A DNA stretch of 64,000 nt, from positions 416,001 through 480,000 of the forward strand of contig BK006948.2 in assembly GCA_000146045.2 (NCBI GenBank), written 5' to 3'. The position numbers and the translations under genes were made by a program. The stretch is from TPA_inf: Saccharomyces. Lineage: Eukaryota. The notes under the pieces are model-generated. The model saw nothing but the letters and a program-made list of their open reading frames with translations. It did no database searches and was not told the DNA's origin. How positions within the stretch are numbered: position 1 is the first letter of the stretch; every line of letters begins with the position of its first letter. Shown one piece after another: positions 35,729 to 45,539 of the stretch.

Positions 35729-37462
35729 TCACTGCCATAGTAATTCGTCAAAATTATATAACCACGATAAGGCAAACCACGAGCTGATTATACCTAATGA
35801 ACAATAGACACTATATATCATTAATCCTAAGAATTCAAATTTTTGCAAAAATGAATATCTCCACTTGACTTCATCCAATATTTGTAATACGGTGACGATT
35901 GGTAACAATGAAAAGATGTACGTTAATGCCAACCTATCCAAGAAAAAGATTCTTCTTTCTACACTTGAAGAAATCTTCGTAGTTTTTCTAAAAGCGGCAA
36001 AATAAATTATACACCAAACATAAGTGTATAATGTTTTAATGAAAAAATCTTGGCCTTTGTACAGAAGAGGATACAAGGAAACATAACCAGCTGAGGCAAC
36101 TAACATAAACGGTACCAAAAGACGACGATCAAATCCAACAAGAAATGTGAACGGAATGATGACTAGCATTATAGCTTTCTCATGCACATGCCACCCGAAC
36201 AAAAACGATGCCAACCCACAGAGAGTCAACGAGCCAACAAATCTTTTGAACGATGGATCAAACAAAAGTGGAAGTACTGCTAAGACCTGGTAAAATATCG
36301 TCAAAATAAACGTTAATTTTGGAGGAATTTGAGGGAGAATAACAAAAAATACGTCTTGAACTAGACCTTTACTTCCATTGTTGTTTGCCGCGAGCCTTTC
36401 ATTAATTTCCTTGATATTCTGAGGGATCAGAGGAGGTTTAATAAATTTTGTAGCAAAAGTGTGGACGTACGGTAATTTCAACATTACCGTAGTGAGTATT
36501 TTATCCATAAAAGAATACAACGCCCAGAAATTTGGTGCCCAATATGCATGCGTCAGTCCTCTTGAGAATGGGAATAACCTGCTCAACACTTGCGGCATTT
36601 GATGAGCAAATGGAAGGAAACAAATAGTGAAAATTCCAACAACAACGGTAGCCAACTTCAAAAGATTTGCCCATCTTATCAGGAACAAAAAATCTTTGTA
36701 ACTTTTAAACTTGAAATTGTTGACATTGAGAACGTATGCTCTCAATAAAAACACGAAATAACATGGCGCCAAATATAAAAATATATGCTTGAAACATATG
36801 GCTGTAGTATACAGAACAGCGCACAAGATGTATCTCTTATTCTTGGCGGCGACAATGGAGCCTATTAGAATCGCAAAAAGAAAACCATTATATTGGAAGT
36901 GAATGTGATCTATTATTAAAAACCCGGGTGATAGTACAATGCTAGAAGCAACCACAAAACTTTGAGATCTTTCACTTAGCTTTGTAGTATTAATGTATAT
37001 TTGAAGGATGACAAATAGAAGAATTTCGCTGAAGATGACAGTGAGTCGTTGGAAAACGATTGTTGGCAAACCGAACTTTCCGATCTCCACTATATCCAAA
37101 CAACCGTCATCACGTACAGATTTAGGAACAAATTGCGATAAAAACCATTCAAAATAAGCAAAAAATGGCGGATAATCCAATGTCCATTGACTAGTGTGCT
37201 CATAATACCATTCGCTGATGGGCAATTTATTGGTGATTGCCAGCCAATTTCTATGAACGTCAAAATCTGTACTGAAGTAGTCAGGAATCAATAGTAATTT
37301 TAAAAACAATGTGCTTATCCAGAAATTCCATAAGGAGTAGCGCTTGGATCCCTCACCTTTTTCGGTCGCGGCAGTCTTCAAAACCTTTTTTGGCTCGTCA
37401 TTTTTTTTTAACTTTGCCTTCTTTGTCACAGCCATATTTTGCCTCGAACGATCACCTTTCAT
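35729..37462 (-). CDS. ALG8: Alg8; ER dolichyl-P-Glc:Glc1Man9GlcNAc2-PP-Dol alpha-1,3-glucosyltransferase (ALG6/ALG8 family)
   Basis: 577 aa multipass membrane protein; matches YOR067C. Confidence 0.9.
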   Translation of the reverse strand: MKGDRSRQNMAVTKKAKLKKNDEPKKVLKTAATEKGEGSKRYSLWNFWISTLFLKLLLIPDYFSTDFDVHRNWLAITNKLPISEWYYEHTSQWTLDYPPFFAYFEWFLSQFVPKSVRDDGCLDIVEIGKFGLPTIVFQRLTVIFSEILLFVILQIYINTTKLSERSQSFVVASSIVLSPGFLIIDHIHFQYNGFLFAILIGSIVAAKNKRYILCAVLYTTAICFKHIFLYLAPCYFVFLLRAYVLNVNNFKFKSYKDFLFLIRWANLLKLATVVVGIFTICFLPFAHQMPQVLSRLFPFSRGLTHAYWAPNFWALYSFMDKILTTVMLKLPYVHTFATKFIKPPLIPQNIKEINERLAANNNGSKGLVQDVFFVILPQIPPKLTFILTIFYQVLAVLPLLFDPSFKRFVGSLTLCGLASFLFGWHVHEKAIMLVIIPFTFLVGFDRRLLVPFMLVASAGYVSLYPLLYKGQDFFIKTLYTYVWCIIYFAAFRKTTKISSSVERRIFFLDRLALTYIFSLLPIVTVLQILDEVKWRYSFLQKFEFLGLMIYSVYCSLGIISSWFALSWLYNFDELLWQ

Positions 37463-37767
37463 CGTAGGCTATCCAATAGACGTCAAATGCCTTGCTGACC
37501 ACTACAGAACTGTAATGAACTTCAGCTATTTTTAACGTATGTTATTCTATAATTCTATACCACTATTGTCGTTTTGAAAAATGAAATTTCACTTTTCGGA
37601 AGTTGTCCGCTAAGAACAACTAAGTGATAACAGTAAATTTTAAAAATGCTTTGAAAAATGGGTTAAGCAAAGGTTATTTACTATAACTACGTAGTGAACG
37701 AAACCATATATCTCTTAATTTGCAGCAGGGATTTTATAAACTTTCATACATCCTGCAATAACAAGCC

Positions 37768-39795
37768 ATGGACTACGAGGATAATCTAGAAGCACCTGTT
37801 TGGGACGAACTAAATCATGAGGGAGATAAAACTCAGAGCCTCGTTTCAAATTCAATTGAATCAATTGGTCAAATATCTACAAATGAAGAAAGAAAAGACA
37901 ATGAGCTTTTAGAGACCACAGCTTCATTTGCGGACAAGATAGACTTGGATAGTGCGCCAGAATGGAAAGACCCTGGTTTGTCGGTGGCTGGTAATCCGCA
38001 ACTAGAGGAGCATGACAATTCCAAAGCTGACGATCTTATTAATTCTTTAGCCCCTGAACAGGATCCGATTGCTGATCTCAAGAATAGCACTACACAATTT
38101 ATTGCAACAAGAGAATCCGGTGGCGCATTGTTCACTGGAAACGCCAACTCTCCCTTAGTTTTTGACGATACGATATACGATGCTAACACTTCACCAAATA
38201 CTTCAAAAAGCATCTCTGGAAGAAGATCCGGCAAACCACGAATTCTGTTTGATTCCGCCAGAGCTCAAAGAAACTCCAAACGCAACCATTCTCTGAAAGC
38301 GAAGAGAACAACTGCTTCCGATGATACCATCAAAACACCCTTTACTGATCCCTTAAAGAAAGCTGAAAAAGAGAATGAATTTGTTGAAGAGCCATTGGAC
38401 GATAGGAATGAAAGGAGAGAAAACAATGAGGGCAAGTTCACAGCTTCTGTTGAAAAAAATATCCTTGAGCAAGTGGACAGGCCTTTATACAATCTTCCTC
38501 AGACAGGTGCTAATATTTCAAGTCCTGCTGAGGTCGAGGAAAACTCAGAAAAGTTTGGAAAAACCAAGATTGGCTCAAAGGTGCCACCAACCGAAAAGGC
38601 TGTGGCTTTCAAAGTTGAAGTTAAAGACCCGGTCAAAGTAGGAGAGCTAACATCCATTCATGTGGAGTATACTGTAATCAGTGAATCATCATTACTTGAG
38701 CTAAAATATGCACAGGTAAGCAGGCGTTACAGAGATTTCAGGTGGCTATATCGTCAATTGCAGAACAACCATTGGGGTAAAGTAATACCACCACCACCAG
38801 AGAAGCAATCAGTAGGCAGTTTTAAGGAAAATTTCATTGAAAATAGAAGATTTCAAATGGAAAGCATGTTAAAAAAAATATGTCAAGATCCGGTTCTACA
38901 AAAGGACAAAGATTTTCTACTCTTTTTGACAAGTGATGACTTTAGTTCAGAGTCTAAAAAAAGGGCATTTTTGACTGGATCTGGCGCTATTAATGATAGC
39001 AACGATCTGTCAGAAGTCCGGATAAGTGAGATACAACTACTAGGTGCAGAGGATGCTGCCGAGGTCTTAAAAAATGGGGGTATCGACGCGGAATCGCACA
39101 AGGGATTTATGAGTATATCGTTTTCATCACTGCCCAAGTACAACGAGGCAGATGAATTCTTTATCGAAAAGAAACAAAAGATTGATGAACTGGAAGATAA
39201 TTTAAAAAAATTGAGCAAATCTTTGGAAATGGTCGACACCTCAAGAAACACCCTGGCTGCATCAACAGAAGAATTCTCTAGTATGGTAGAAACCCTAGCG
39301 TCTTTGAACGTGAGTGAACCTAATTCGGAACTGCTGAATAATTTTGCTGATGTTCATAAAAGCATAAAAAGCTCTCTTGAGAGAAGCTCTTTGCAAGAGA
39401 CTTTGACGATGGGTGTGATGCTGGACGACTATATTAGGTCATTGGCAAGCGTAAAAGCAATTTTCAATCAGAGATCCAAATTGGGGTATTTCTTGGTAGT
39501 AATAGAAAATGACATGAATAAGAAACACTCACAATTGGGCAAATTGGGTCAAAATATTCATTCAGAAAAATTCAGAGAAATGAGAAAGGAATTTCAAACA
39601 TTGGAGAGAAGGTATAACCTTACAAAAAAACAATGGCAAGCGGTAGGAGATAAAATAAAAGATGAATTCCAAGGTTTCTCTACTGATAAAATTCGGGAAT
39701 TCCGAAACGGCATGGAAATATCACTAGAAGCGGCCATTGAATCTCAAAAAGAATGCATCGAGCTTTGGGAGACATTCTACCAAACCAATCTTTAG
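37768..39795 (+). CDS. VPS5: Vps5; retromer sorting nexin with PX and BAR domains
   Basis: 675 aa. The PX-domain core is YAQVSRRYRDFRWLYRQLQ..PPPPEK, followed by a C-terminal coiled-coil/BAR region. Confidence 0.9.
   Translation: MDYEDNLEAPVWDELNHEGDKTQSLVSNSIESIGQISTNEERKDNELLETTASFADKIDLDSAPEWKDPGLSVAGNPQLEEHDNSKADDLINSLAPEQDPIADLKNSTTQFIATRESGGALFTGNANSPLVFDDTIYDANTSPNTSKSISGRRSGKPRILFDSARAQRNSKRNHSLKAKRTTASDDTIKTPFTDPLKKAEKENEFVEEPLDDRNERRENNEGKFTASVEKNILEQVDRPLYNLPQTGANISSPAEVEENSEKFGKTKIGSKVPPTEKAVAFKVEVKDPVKVGELTSIHVEYTVISESSLLELKYAQVSRRYRDFRWLYRQLQNNHWGKVIPPPPEKQSVGSFKENFIENRRFQMESMLKKICQDPVLQKDKDFLLFLTSDDFSSESKKRAFLTGSGAINDSNDLSEVRISEIQLLGAEDAAEVLKNGGIDAESHKGFMSISFSSLPKYNEADEFFIEKKQKIDELEDNLKKLSKSLEMVDTSRNTLAASTEEFSSMVETLASLNVSEPNSELLNNFADVHKSIKSSLERSSLQETLTMGVMLDDYIRSLASVKAIFNQRSKLGYFLVVIENDMNKKHSQLGKLGQNIHSEKFREMRKEFQTLERRYNLTKKQWQAVGDKIKDEFQGFSTDKIREFRNGMEISLEAAIESQKECIELWETFYQTNL
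37869..38213 (-). CDS. VAM10: Vam10; small ORF of about 114 aa lying antisense within the VPS5 5' coding region (annotated vacuole-morphology gene)
   Basis: The track ORF is 121 aa. From its internal Met (MLFEVFGEVLASYIVSSK...) it is 114 aa, matching my recall of YOR068C. The sequence alone gives no independent coding signal. Confidence 0.35.
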   Translation of the reverse strand: MLFEVFGEVLASYIVSSKTKGELAFPVNNAPPDSLVAINCVVLFLRSAIGSCSGAKELIRSSALELSCSSSCGLPATDKPGSFHSGALSKSILSANEAVVSKSSLSFLSSFVDI

Positions 39796-39906
39796 ATGAT
39801 CTGTATACAATAACTTTATGTGTCACGTTCCTCAGGATTTATGAATTAGGAGATTTTTGTTTTATATTATTACATACTATACAGTAAGTAAAATGAATAG
39901 GTCCGT

Positions 39907-41820
39907 TTACAGCCAGTGCGACGTAGCATCTTTGTAAAGAGATTGCCAAATAAAGGCTTCGCTCAGAAGCATTTCAATATCCGTTTCAGTCCAGTCCTTT
40001 GTAGGAGGGTTCTGTAAGAAAGTTATAGTTTCTTGGAAATCCATTTCCATTAGCTGGTCACTCCACTTGATGAGGAATGCAGCACAAACAAACACATGAA
40101 ACTCATTCAACGAAGACTGTCTCATTTTTCCACTGTCTTCAACAGCATTGTTTGGTGTCATATTAGAAAGAGCTGTGGTGGGAGATTGGAAATCTTTTGT
40201 TGGTGTAACAAAACTTGCCACTCGAGGTTCTGTTGGAGTAACAGGAGGTTTAATGTCATTGGACGACATAGAATAAGAAGAAGTGACCTCTTGTGAAGTT
40301 TCAGATAAATATGTGTCCCACATCCTTATTACTGTACCCATTTGAAATTCTCTCATCAAAAGGCAATTCATCCATCTGAATGCAAACTGTATAAACTCCA
40401 CATGTTCATTTTGAAAATGGTTATATAGATCAGCATCAATTCGTTTCACTAGCTGACTCAAATTCTTCACTTGTCTTAATATGCCTGGTTGTCCGTGAAT
40501 ATAGTTATCGGTAATTTGTTCGAGCAATTTGGTAAGACACCAAAACGTGTCCGCTTCTAAATCTGTAATCTGTTCATCTACCATATAAGTAGAGGGGTCC
40601 TTTATCTCTACATCATCTATTTGTGAAGGCGGCAGATATTCGGTAAGAAAAGTCTCGAAAAATGGTGTAACTAAATCATTAATACCTTGCACATATCCGC
40701 TAGCAGGATGCCTGATTGCCCAAAGATATAGTATTCGTTGTAAACTGTTCTGTACGGATTTGAACTGGTAGAGGGGAATGTGGGGATTTGTTCTCGGTAT
40801 ATCTATCTCTATCTGATGCCAAGTTGGGATATCTCTTGAGTGCTGGTCAGAAAAGGTATGTTTCAGACTATCCCTATATTCTTTCCTCTTCCTTTGTAAG
40901 AAACCCTCCTGTCTCTTGGTGTTCACAGGCAAATAACCTATTAATAATTTCCAAACAACAGGCCTGTGTATTTTTGGGATACCATTCCAACTGATCTGGC
41001 GCAGATCCTGTTGATTTATGATTGTCTTATCTTTCAAAATATTGTCAAATTTAGAAATGCGCTGGATGATGGAGTTTAATTCTTGAACATCCCGTTCGTT
41101 TTCGATTTCCAACTGAGTTTTCTTGGAATCATTTGTTTTCTCTTTTTGCAGCTGTGGTAATTGAGGGTATGTAAAAGAGGAGGAAGAATTCCGTACTGCG
41201 GAGGTCCCCATATTCGAAATCGAATTGATGGAAGAAGAAGTGGATTTTCGCGACAAAGTTCTCGTTGGAGCTACAGGTGTACCAAATCCACCGTTAGTAA
41301 GTATAGGAATAGGCATATTATAATCGTCAATAACAGCACTCCAATCCTCATCTAAGTCTTTGAAATATCGATCACCCTTTTTGTTAGGCTCTGTACTGTT
41401 ACTGCAATTGTTGCCTACACTACCACTACTGCTATGGCGGGGTTGTTGATGGTGGTGATGACGCTGGTGATGCTGACGTAAGAGTAAAGCAGGCCGGGGA
41501 CTTTCGTTACTTGCAGTGCTTAGAGTGGGGTTTACATATCGTAGAGGTGAATAGGAATTCGAGGTACGTCTAGTGCTTGCTTGTTGCTTTGCCATAGCTT
41601 CAAAATTACCGTCACTGGTTCTCCGATCTCTATCTGCCGAGGAAGCATAACCCGAGGGTAAACTAGTAGATTCAGTAGTATTCATTTTGTATAACGATGG
41701 CTTCTTGGAGGAAGAAGCCGACGATATCCTCCAAGATTTCATCAGGGAAGTTACTAAACTGGAACTGTCCGAATTATGGTCCCGTTCGTGCATTTCCTTT
41801 GCAGCGGATCTCACACCCAT
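39907..41820 (-). CDS. GYP1: Gyp1; TBC-domain Rab GTPase-activating protein acting on Ypt1
   Basis: 637 aa. The TBC arginine-finger IEIDIPRT and glutamine-finger YVQGINDLVTPF are present. Confidence 0.9.
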   Translation of the reverse strand: MGVRSAAKEMHERDHNSDSSSLVTSLMKSWRISSASSSKKPSLYKMNTTESTSLPSGYASSADRDRRTSDGNFEAMAKQQASTRRTSNSYSPLRYVNPTLSTASNESPRPALLLRQHHQRHHHHQQPRHSSSGSVGNNCSNSTEPNKKGDRYFKDLDEDWSAVIDDYNMPIPILTNGGFGTPVAPTRTLSRKSTSSSINSISNMGTSAVRNSSSSFTYPQLPQLQKEKTNDSKKTQLEIENERDVQELNSIIQRISKFDNILKDKTIINQQDLRQISWNGIPKIHRPVVWKLLIGYLPVNTKRQEGFLQRKRKEYRDSLKHTFSDQHSRDIPTWHQIEIDIPRTNPHIPLYQFKSVQNSLQRILYLWAIRHPASGYVQGINDLVTPFFETFLTEYLPPSQIDDVEIKDPSTYMVDEQITDLEADTFWCLTKLLEQITDNYIHGQPGILRQVKNLSQLVKRIDADLYNHFQNEHVEFIQFAFRWMNCLLMREFQMGTVIRMWDTYLSETSQEVTSSYSMSSNDIKPPVTPTEPRVASFVTPTKDFQSPTTALSNMTPNNAVEDSGKMRQSSLNEFHVFVCAAFLIKWSDQLMEMDFQETITFLQNPPTKDWTETDIEMLLSEAFIWQSLYKDATSHWL

Positions 41821-43479
41821 TATATGGTTACTTTTATTAAGTGGTCGGTATTGGTGGTTGTTGTTGTTATTTGTATCCTTGATCTACTCTCCAATAATAG
41901 TTATAAAAATAGAAAGAAAACAAAACAATTAACAGCAGGACAAAAGCCAAACACTATAGCAATCTGGCTATATGATATGCAGAAAATAGTGATTACTGTG
42001 CTCTTTGCTGCATCATGCATCATATGTTTGGCATTCTGTCCTGTCAGATGAATGGGCGAAACAATTCGGGGAGCTTTGTTGCGACTTGGTACCCGGCAAG
42101 CCGCGACCTATATTTTGCATTAAACGAGTTCATCGTGGATTTATCGCCATGAGCCTTAGCTTATCAAGCCTCTCACAGACAATTAAGCAATGAAAAAGGT
42201 ATACCATCGGCGCAGAATGGTTAACTAGTGGGTTCATACTGCTGTGTTATAGATTGTTACCTAAGTGATCACCAAAAAAAAGTGCAAAAAGGAAAAAAAA
42301 ATAAGAGACAGGTAACTTCCACAAGCTTATTCTTCCAAAAATCAATCTTATCTTCATGCCAGCAATAGTTGCGTGCTGAGCTCAACAGTGCCCAACCCTT
42401 GTGCACCGTAGAATTGTAGAATACAAATACATAAATAAGTGTGTTCCCGAAGGACTAAGGAATGACGGCAGAGGAGTCTTGTGACCGCCCTGCTGCAAAA
42501 CTTGGCAAGGACAGAAATTAAGTAATAGATACGCACAACCTTGGAGCACCAAGAAATGGCTGCAAAAGTAAATCTATAGTATTTCAAGCTGAGATATGAT
42601 AATATGTTCAAAGGGCTAAAGTCTCATGAAACAGCGTCACTACAAGTCACATAAAGTTCGTACAGCAAGTCTATGCATGCTTTCCTCAAAAGAACTACCC
42701 AAATATAAACACATATACAAAAATTCAGATTTTACATTTCAGGTTTCCATAATATGTTAAAAGCTAGATCTTACATAGTGTCGGGAACAGGTCATTCTAA
42801 AAAAAGTAAAATAAAATAAAAGGGTTTCAAAGATCCATACTTCTCTACATTCTCTGACTTTTTAAAACTGTGTACTGGCGACCAATCGACAAATCTGCAA
42901 CCCCAGCTTCATAAGCTTTCTCTCCCACCAGCAAAGCCTGGACCTCCCTGGTTCTAATAATGAGCGACTGAAGTTTTCCAAAAGAAACCTTCACTAAACA
43001 TGTTATGCTCCTCAATCACGCGATGAAATAAAGGCCTATTTTTTGATCCAACGCCTTTGAAAATTTCCTTATGGCTGGGTGGGGTACCTACCATGAACAT
43101 GTTAAAGGTAAGTGGTGGCATATTATGGAGTTACGCCCGTATACCAGAGTAATAATGTTGCCGCCGGATAGGCATGGCGCCCCCACCGGATTCTCTTGCT
43201 ATATGGATGGCATAATTAGCTTATGAAAGGATTGGTAAGAATATGTCTTCTAGCAAGAAAATACTAAGAACCAATAGTTCCTTTTTTTATAAAATTATTG
43301 AGCCATACACAATAATGCCGATATTTGTCACCATAGACATACTTGACAGTAAAGTATTTGCAGCTGAGGATCGATCTGGTAGTATTCCCAAATTGTAAGA
43401 TCTGTACAGATTTTCAAATGAAGCGTTGAAGTTTCCTCTTTGTATATTTGAGATCTTCATTTTATCGGATTCTTTGTCA

Positions 43480-45276
43480 TCAGACAACTTGTTGAGTGGT
43501 ACTAAAGGAGTGCTTTTCATCATCCTTTTGGTGAACGATTTCAAATACGTTAGTGTTTTCTGAGCTAGTTTTGATCAATTCAGGTGATTCGTTATCAGAA
43601 CTCTCAGGTTTGTATTCGTGTCCAGTTGTGTAGCATTCGCCTAACGTGTAAGCACGGATTTCTTCCTCAGAAATTTCACTGTATGGAATCATGCCCTTCT
43701 TTCTCGCTTCTTCGTCGGTAAATGCACCATAGTAATCTTTGTCATCATGTCTAACAGTAATTTTGAATGGGAAGAAGACACATAGCCCCCAGTAAACGAA
43801 AAAAGAAATCAAAAAGGAGAAGAAAGAATCACCATAAAAGAATTTAACAATACCTGAGTCGTGGAAATAGTTATTGTTGACTTCCCAAGCGATACCAGGT
43901 AGACCGGGAGCCATACCACACACCCAGGCAACGATAGCTCTCCAGTTGACACCCTTGGTAAAATAGTATTCACCCTTTAGAATAAAGGCATTAGTAATGG
44001 AATATTGCCTCTTCCTGATCAGAAAGTTATCACAGATCATGACAGCAATAATAGGAGTCATGACAACACCGAAAGAACTCATGACAGTTAAGAAAGTAGA
44101 AGAAGAGTTGTAGAAGTTCCATGGCAAACAAGCCCAGGAGATACATGCGCAAAAAAGAGCACCTCTCTTGATATCGACGTATTTGGGCAACAAACCGGCC
44201 ATATCCATACCAGTGGCAAACCCACAGTTGGAGATGGTGGAGGACATTTGAGACATGGTAAAGCAAAGACCACAGAAGAAGGCACCTGCGCGAGCGCCTG
44301 CAGAATAGTTGTTTGTCAACCAATAATCGAATATATCCATGGGCATCCAAAATTGTTTACCGTATAATTTGTCGCAGGTGGAGGCACTAATGACACCGAA
44401 GATTGGGACCAAGGTTGCTGGGATTAGTAATGCACAGACGCTACCGGTCCAGATAGCCAAATTGGAGGAACCGAATCTTGAATAGTCACTTTGGTTGGTG
44501 GAACCTGGAGAAATGGAACCGAACCAGTATGAAATCATGTAAACCCAAGCCCATGCTCTTTTAGAACCAGTAACGGTAGATTTTGTGGAGGTAAACAATT
44601 CACCGACACCATGGGCATTCTTAGTCAAGTAAATCACTATACCCAGCATGGCAAAGCAAGTAGCTACACATGACCAAATTAAAAGGTAGTTCATATGGTA
44701 GGGTTTCATGAAATAGCAGAGCGCGGTGAGGACGTGGAAAATAATGAAGCCGACCAACTGCTTGGTGGTCATGGCAACACTTGGGGACAAAGTATTGGGC
44801 AGGTGCAGATAGTGGTGGGACCAGGAATCTAATATCATGTTGATAGATAGACCACCCAACCAAGCGTTGGAACCATAATTGACAATACTCATCAAAATTC
44901 TAATGATGATACCGAAGGCTGAACCGTAAATGCCAAAAACGAATCTTTGGGCCAAGGTGAAACCGATTTTCCAATCATAACCGGGGTAAGAGTTGGCCAT
45001 AGTGAAAATAATGGTCAAGACATTACCGAGAAGAAACGAAACAATGGTCTCTGGGTAACTTAGGCCGACACTTAGTGCAGCAGAACCACTCATCCATGTA
45101 CCTGCTGTAAAGGACACAGCGCCCCAGTACGCCAAATTAGACCAGAACCCCCATGTTTGATTTGCAGACTTGATAGGTTGCAAATCAGGGTTCCTCAGAA
45201 AATTCACGGCAGTCCTATTTTTGGCAGGAATTTCTAAATATCTCAAAAACTTAGAGACTATACTACTGAAGCTCAT
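43480..45276 (-). CDS. NRT1: Nrt1; nicotinamide riboside / thiamine-family plasma-membrane transporter (NCS1 family)
   Basis: 598 aa, 12-TM; matches YOR071C. Confidence 0.88.
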   Translation of the reverse strand: MSFSSIVSKFLRYLEIPAKNRTAVNFLRNPDLQPIKSANQTWGFWSNLAYWGAVSFTAGTWMSGSAALSVGLSYPETIVSFLLGNVLTIIFTMANSYPGYDWKIGFTLAQRFVFGIYGSAFGIIIRILMSIVNYGSNAWLGGLSINMILDSWSHHYLHLPNTLSPSVAMTTKQLVGFIIFHVLTALCYFMKPYHMNYLLIWSCVATCFAMLGIVIYLTKNAHGVGELFTSTKSTVTGSKRAWAWVYMISYWFGSISPGSTNQSDYSRFGSSNLAIWTGSVCALLIPATLVPIFGVISASTCDKLYGKQFWMPMDIFDYWLTNNYSAGARAGAFFCGLCFTMSQMSSTISNCGFATGMDMAGLLPKYVDIKRGALFCACISWACLPWNFYNSSSTFLTVMSSFGVVMTPIIAVMICDNFLIRKRQYSITNAFILKGEYYFTKGVNWRAIVAWVCGMAPGLPGIAWEVNNNYFHDSGIVKFFYGDSFFSFLISFFVYWGLCVFFPFKITVRHDDKDYYGAFTDEEARKKGMIPYSEISEEEIRAYTLGECYTTGHEYKPESSDNESPELIKTSSENTNVFEIVHQKDDEKHSFSTTQQVV

Positions 45277-45539
45277 GATGATACAGGTGCTGAAGTCCTT
45301 TTTTTGATAGTTATAATGGGGATATCAGTACAATAAAGAATAATATAAATTCTGCAATAGGAAATAATATAGGTAATTGTTCTTGATAATTCTGGAGTTT
45401 ATAAGATTTTAACTCTATTTATGAGAATAGAGAAGGAAAATTAAAACTACAATAGCGAATGCAAATTTTTTTCCCCGAAGAACAAATAGCGGTAGCAACA
45501 CATGCTGACGAAAGTTGTGTTCCTCTTTTTTTGGAGCAG

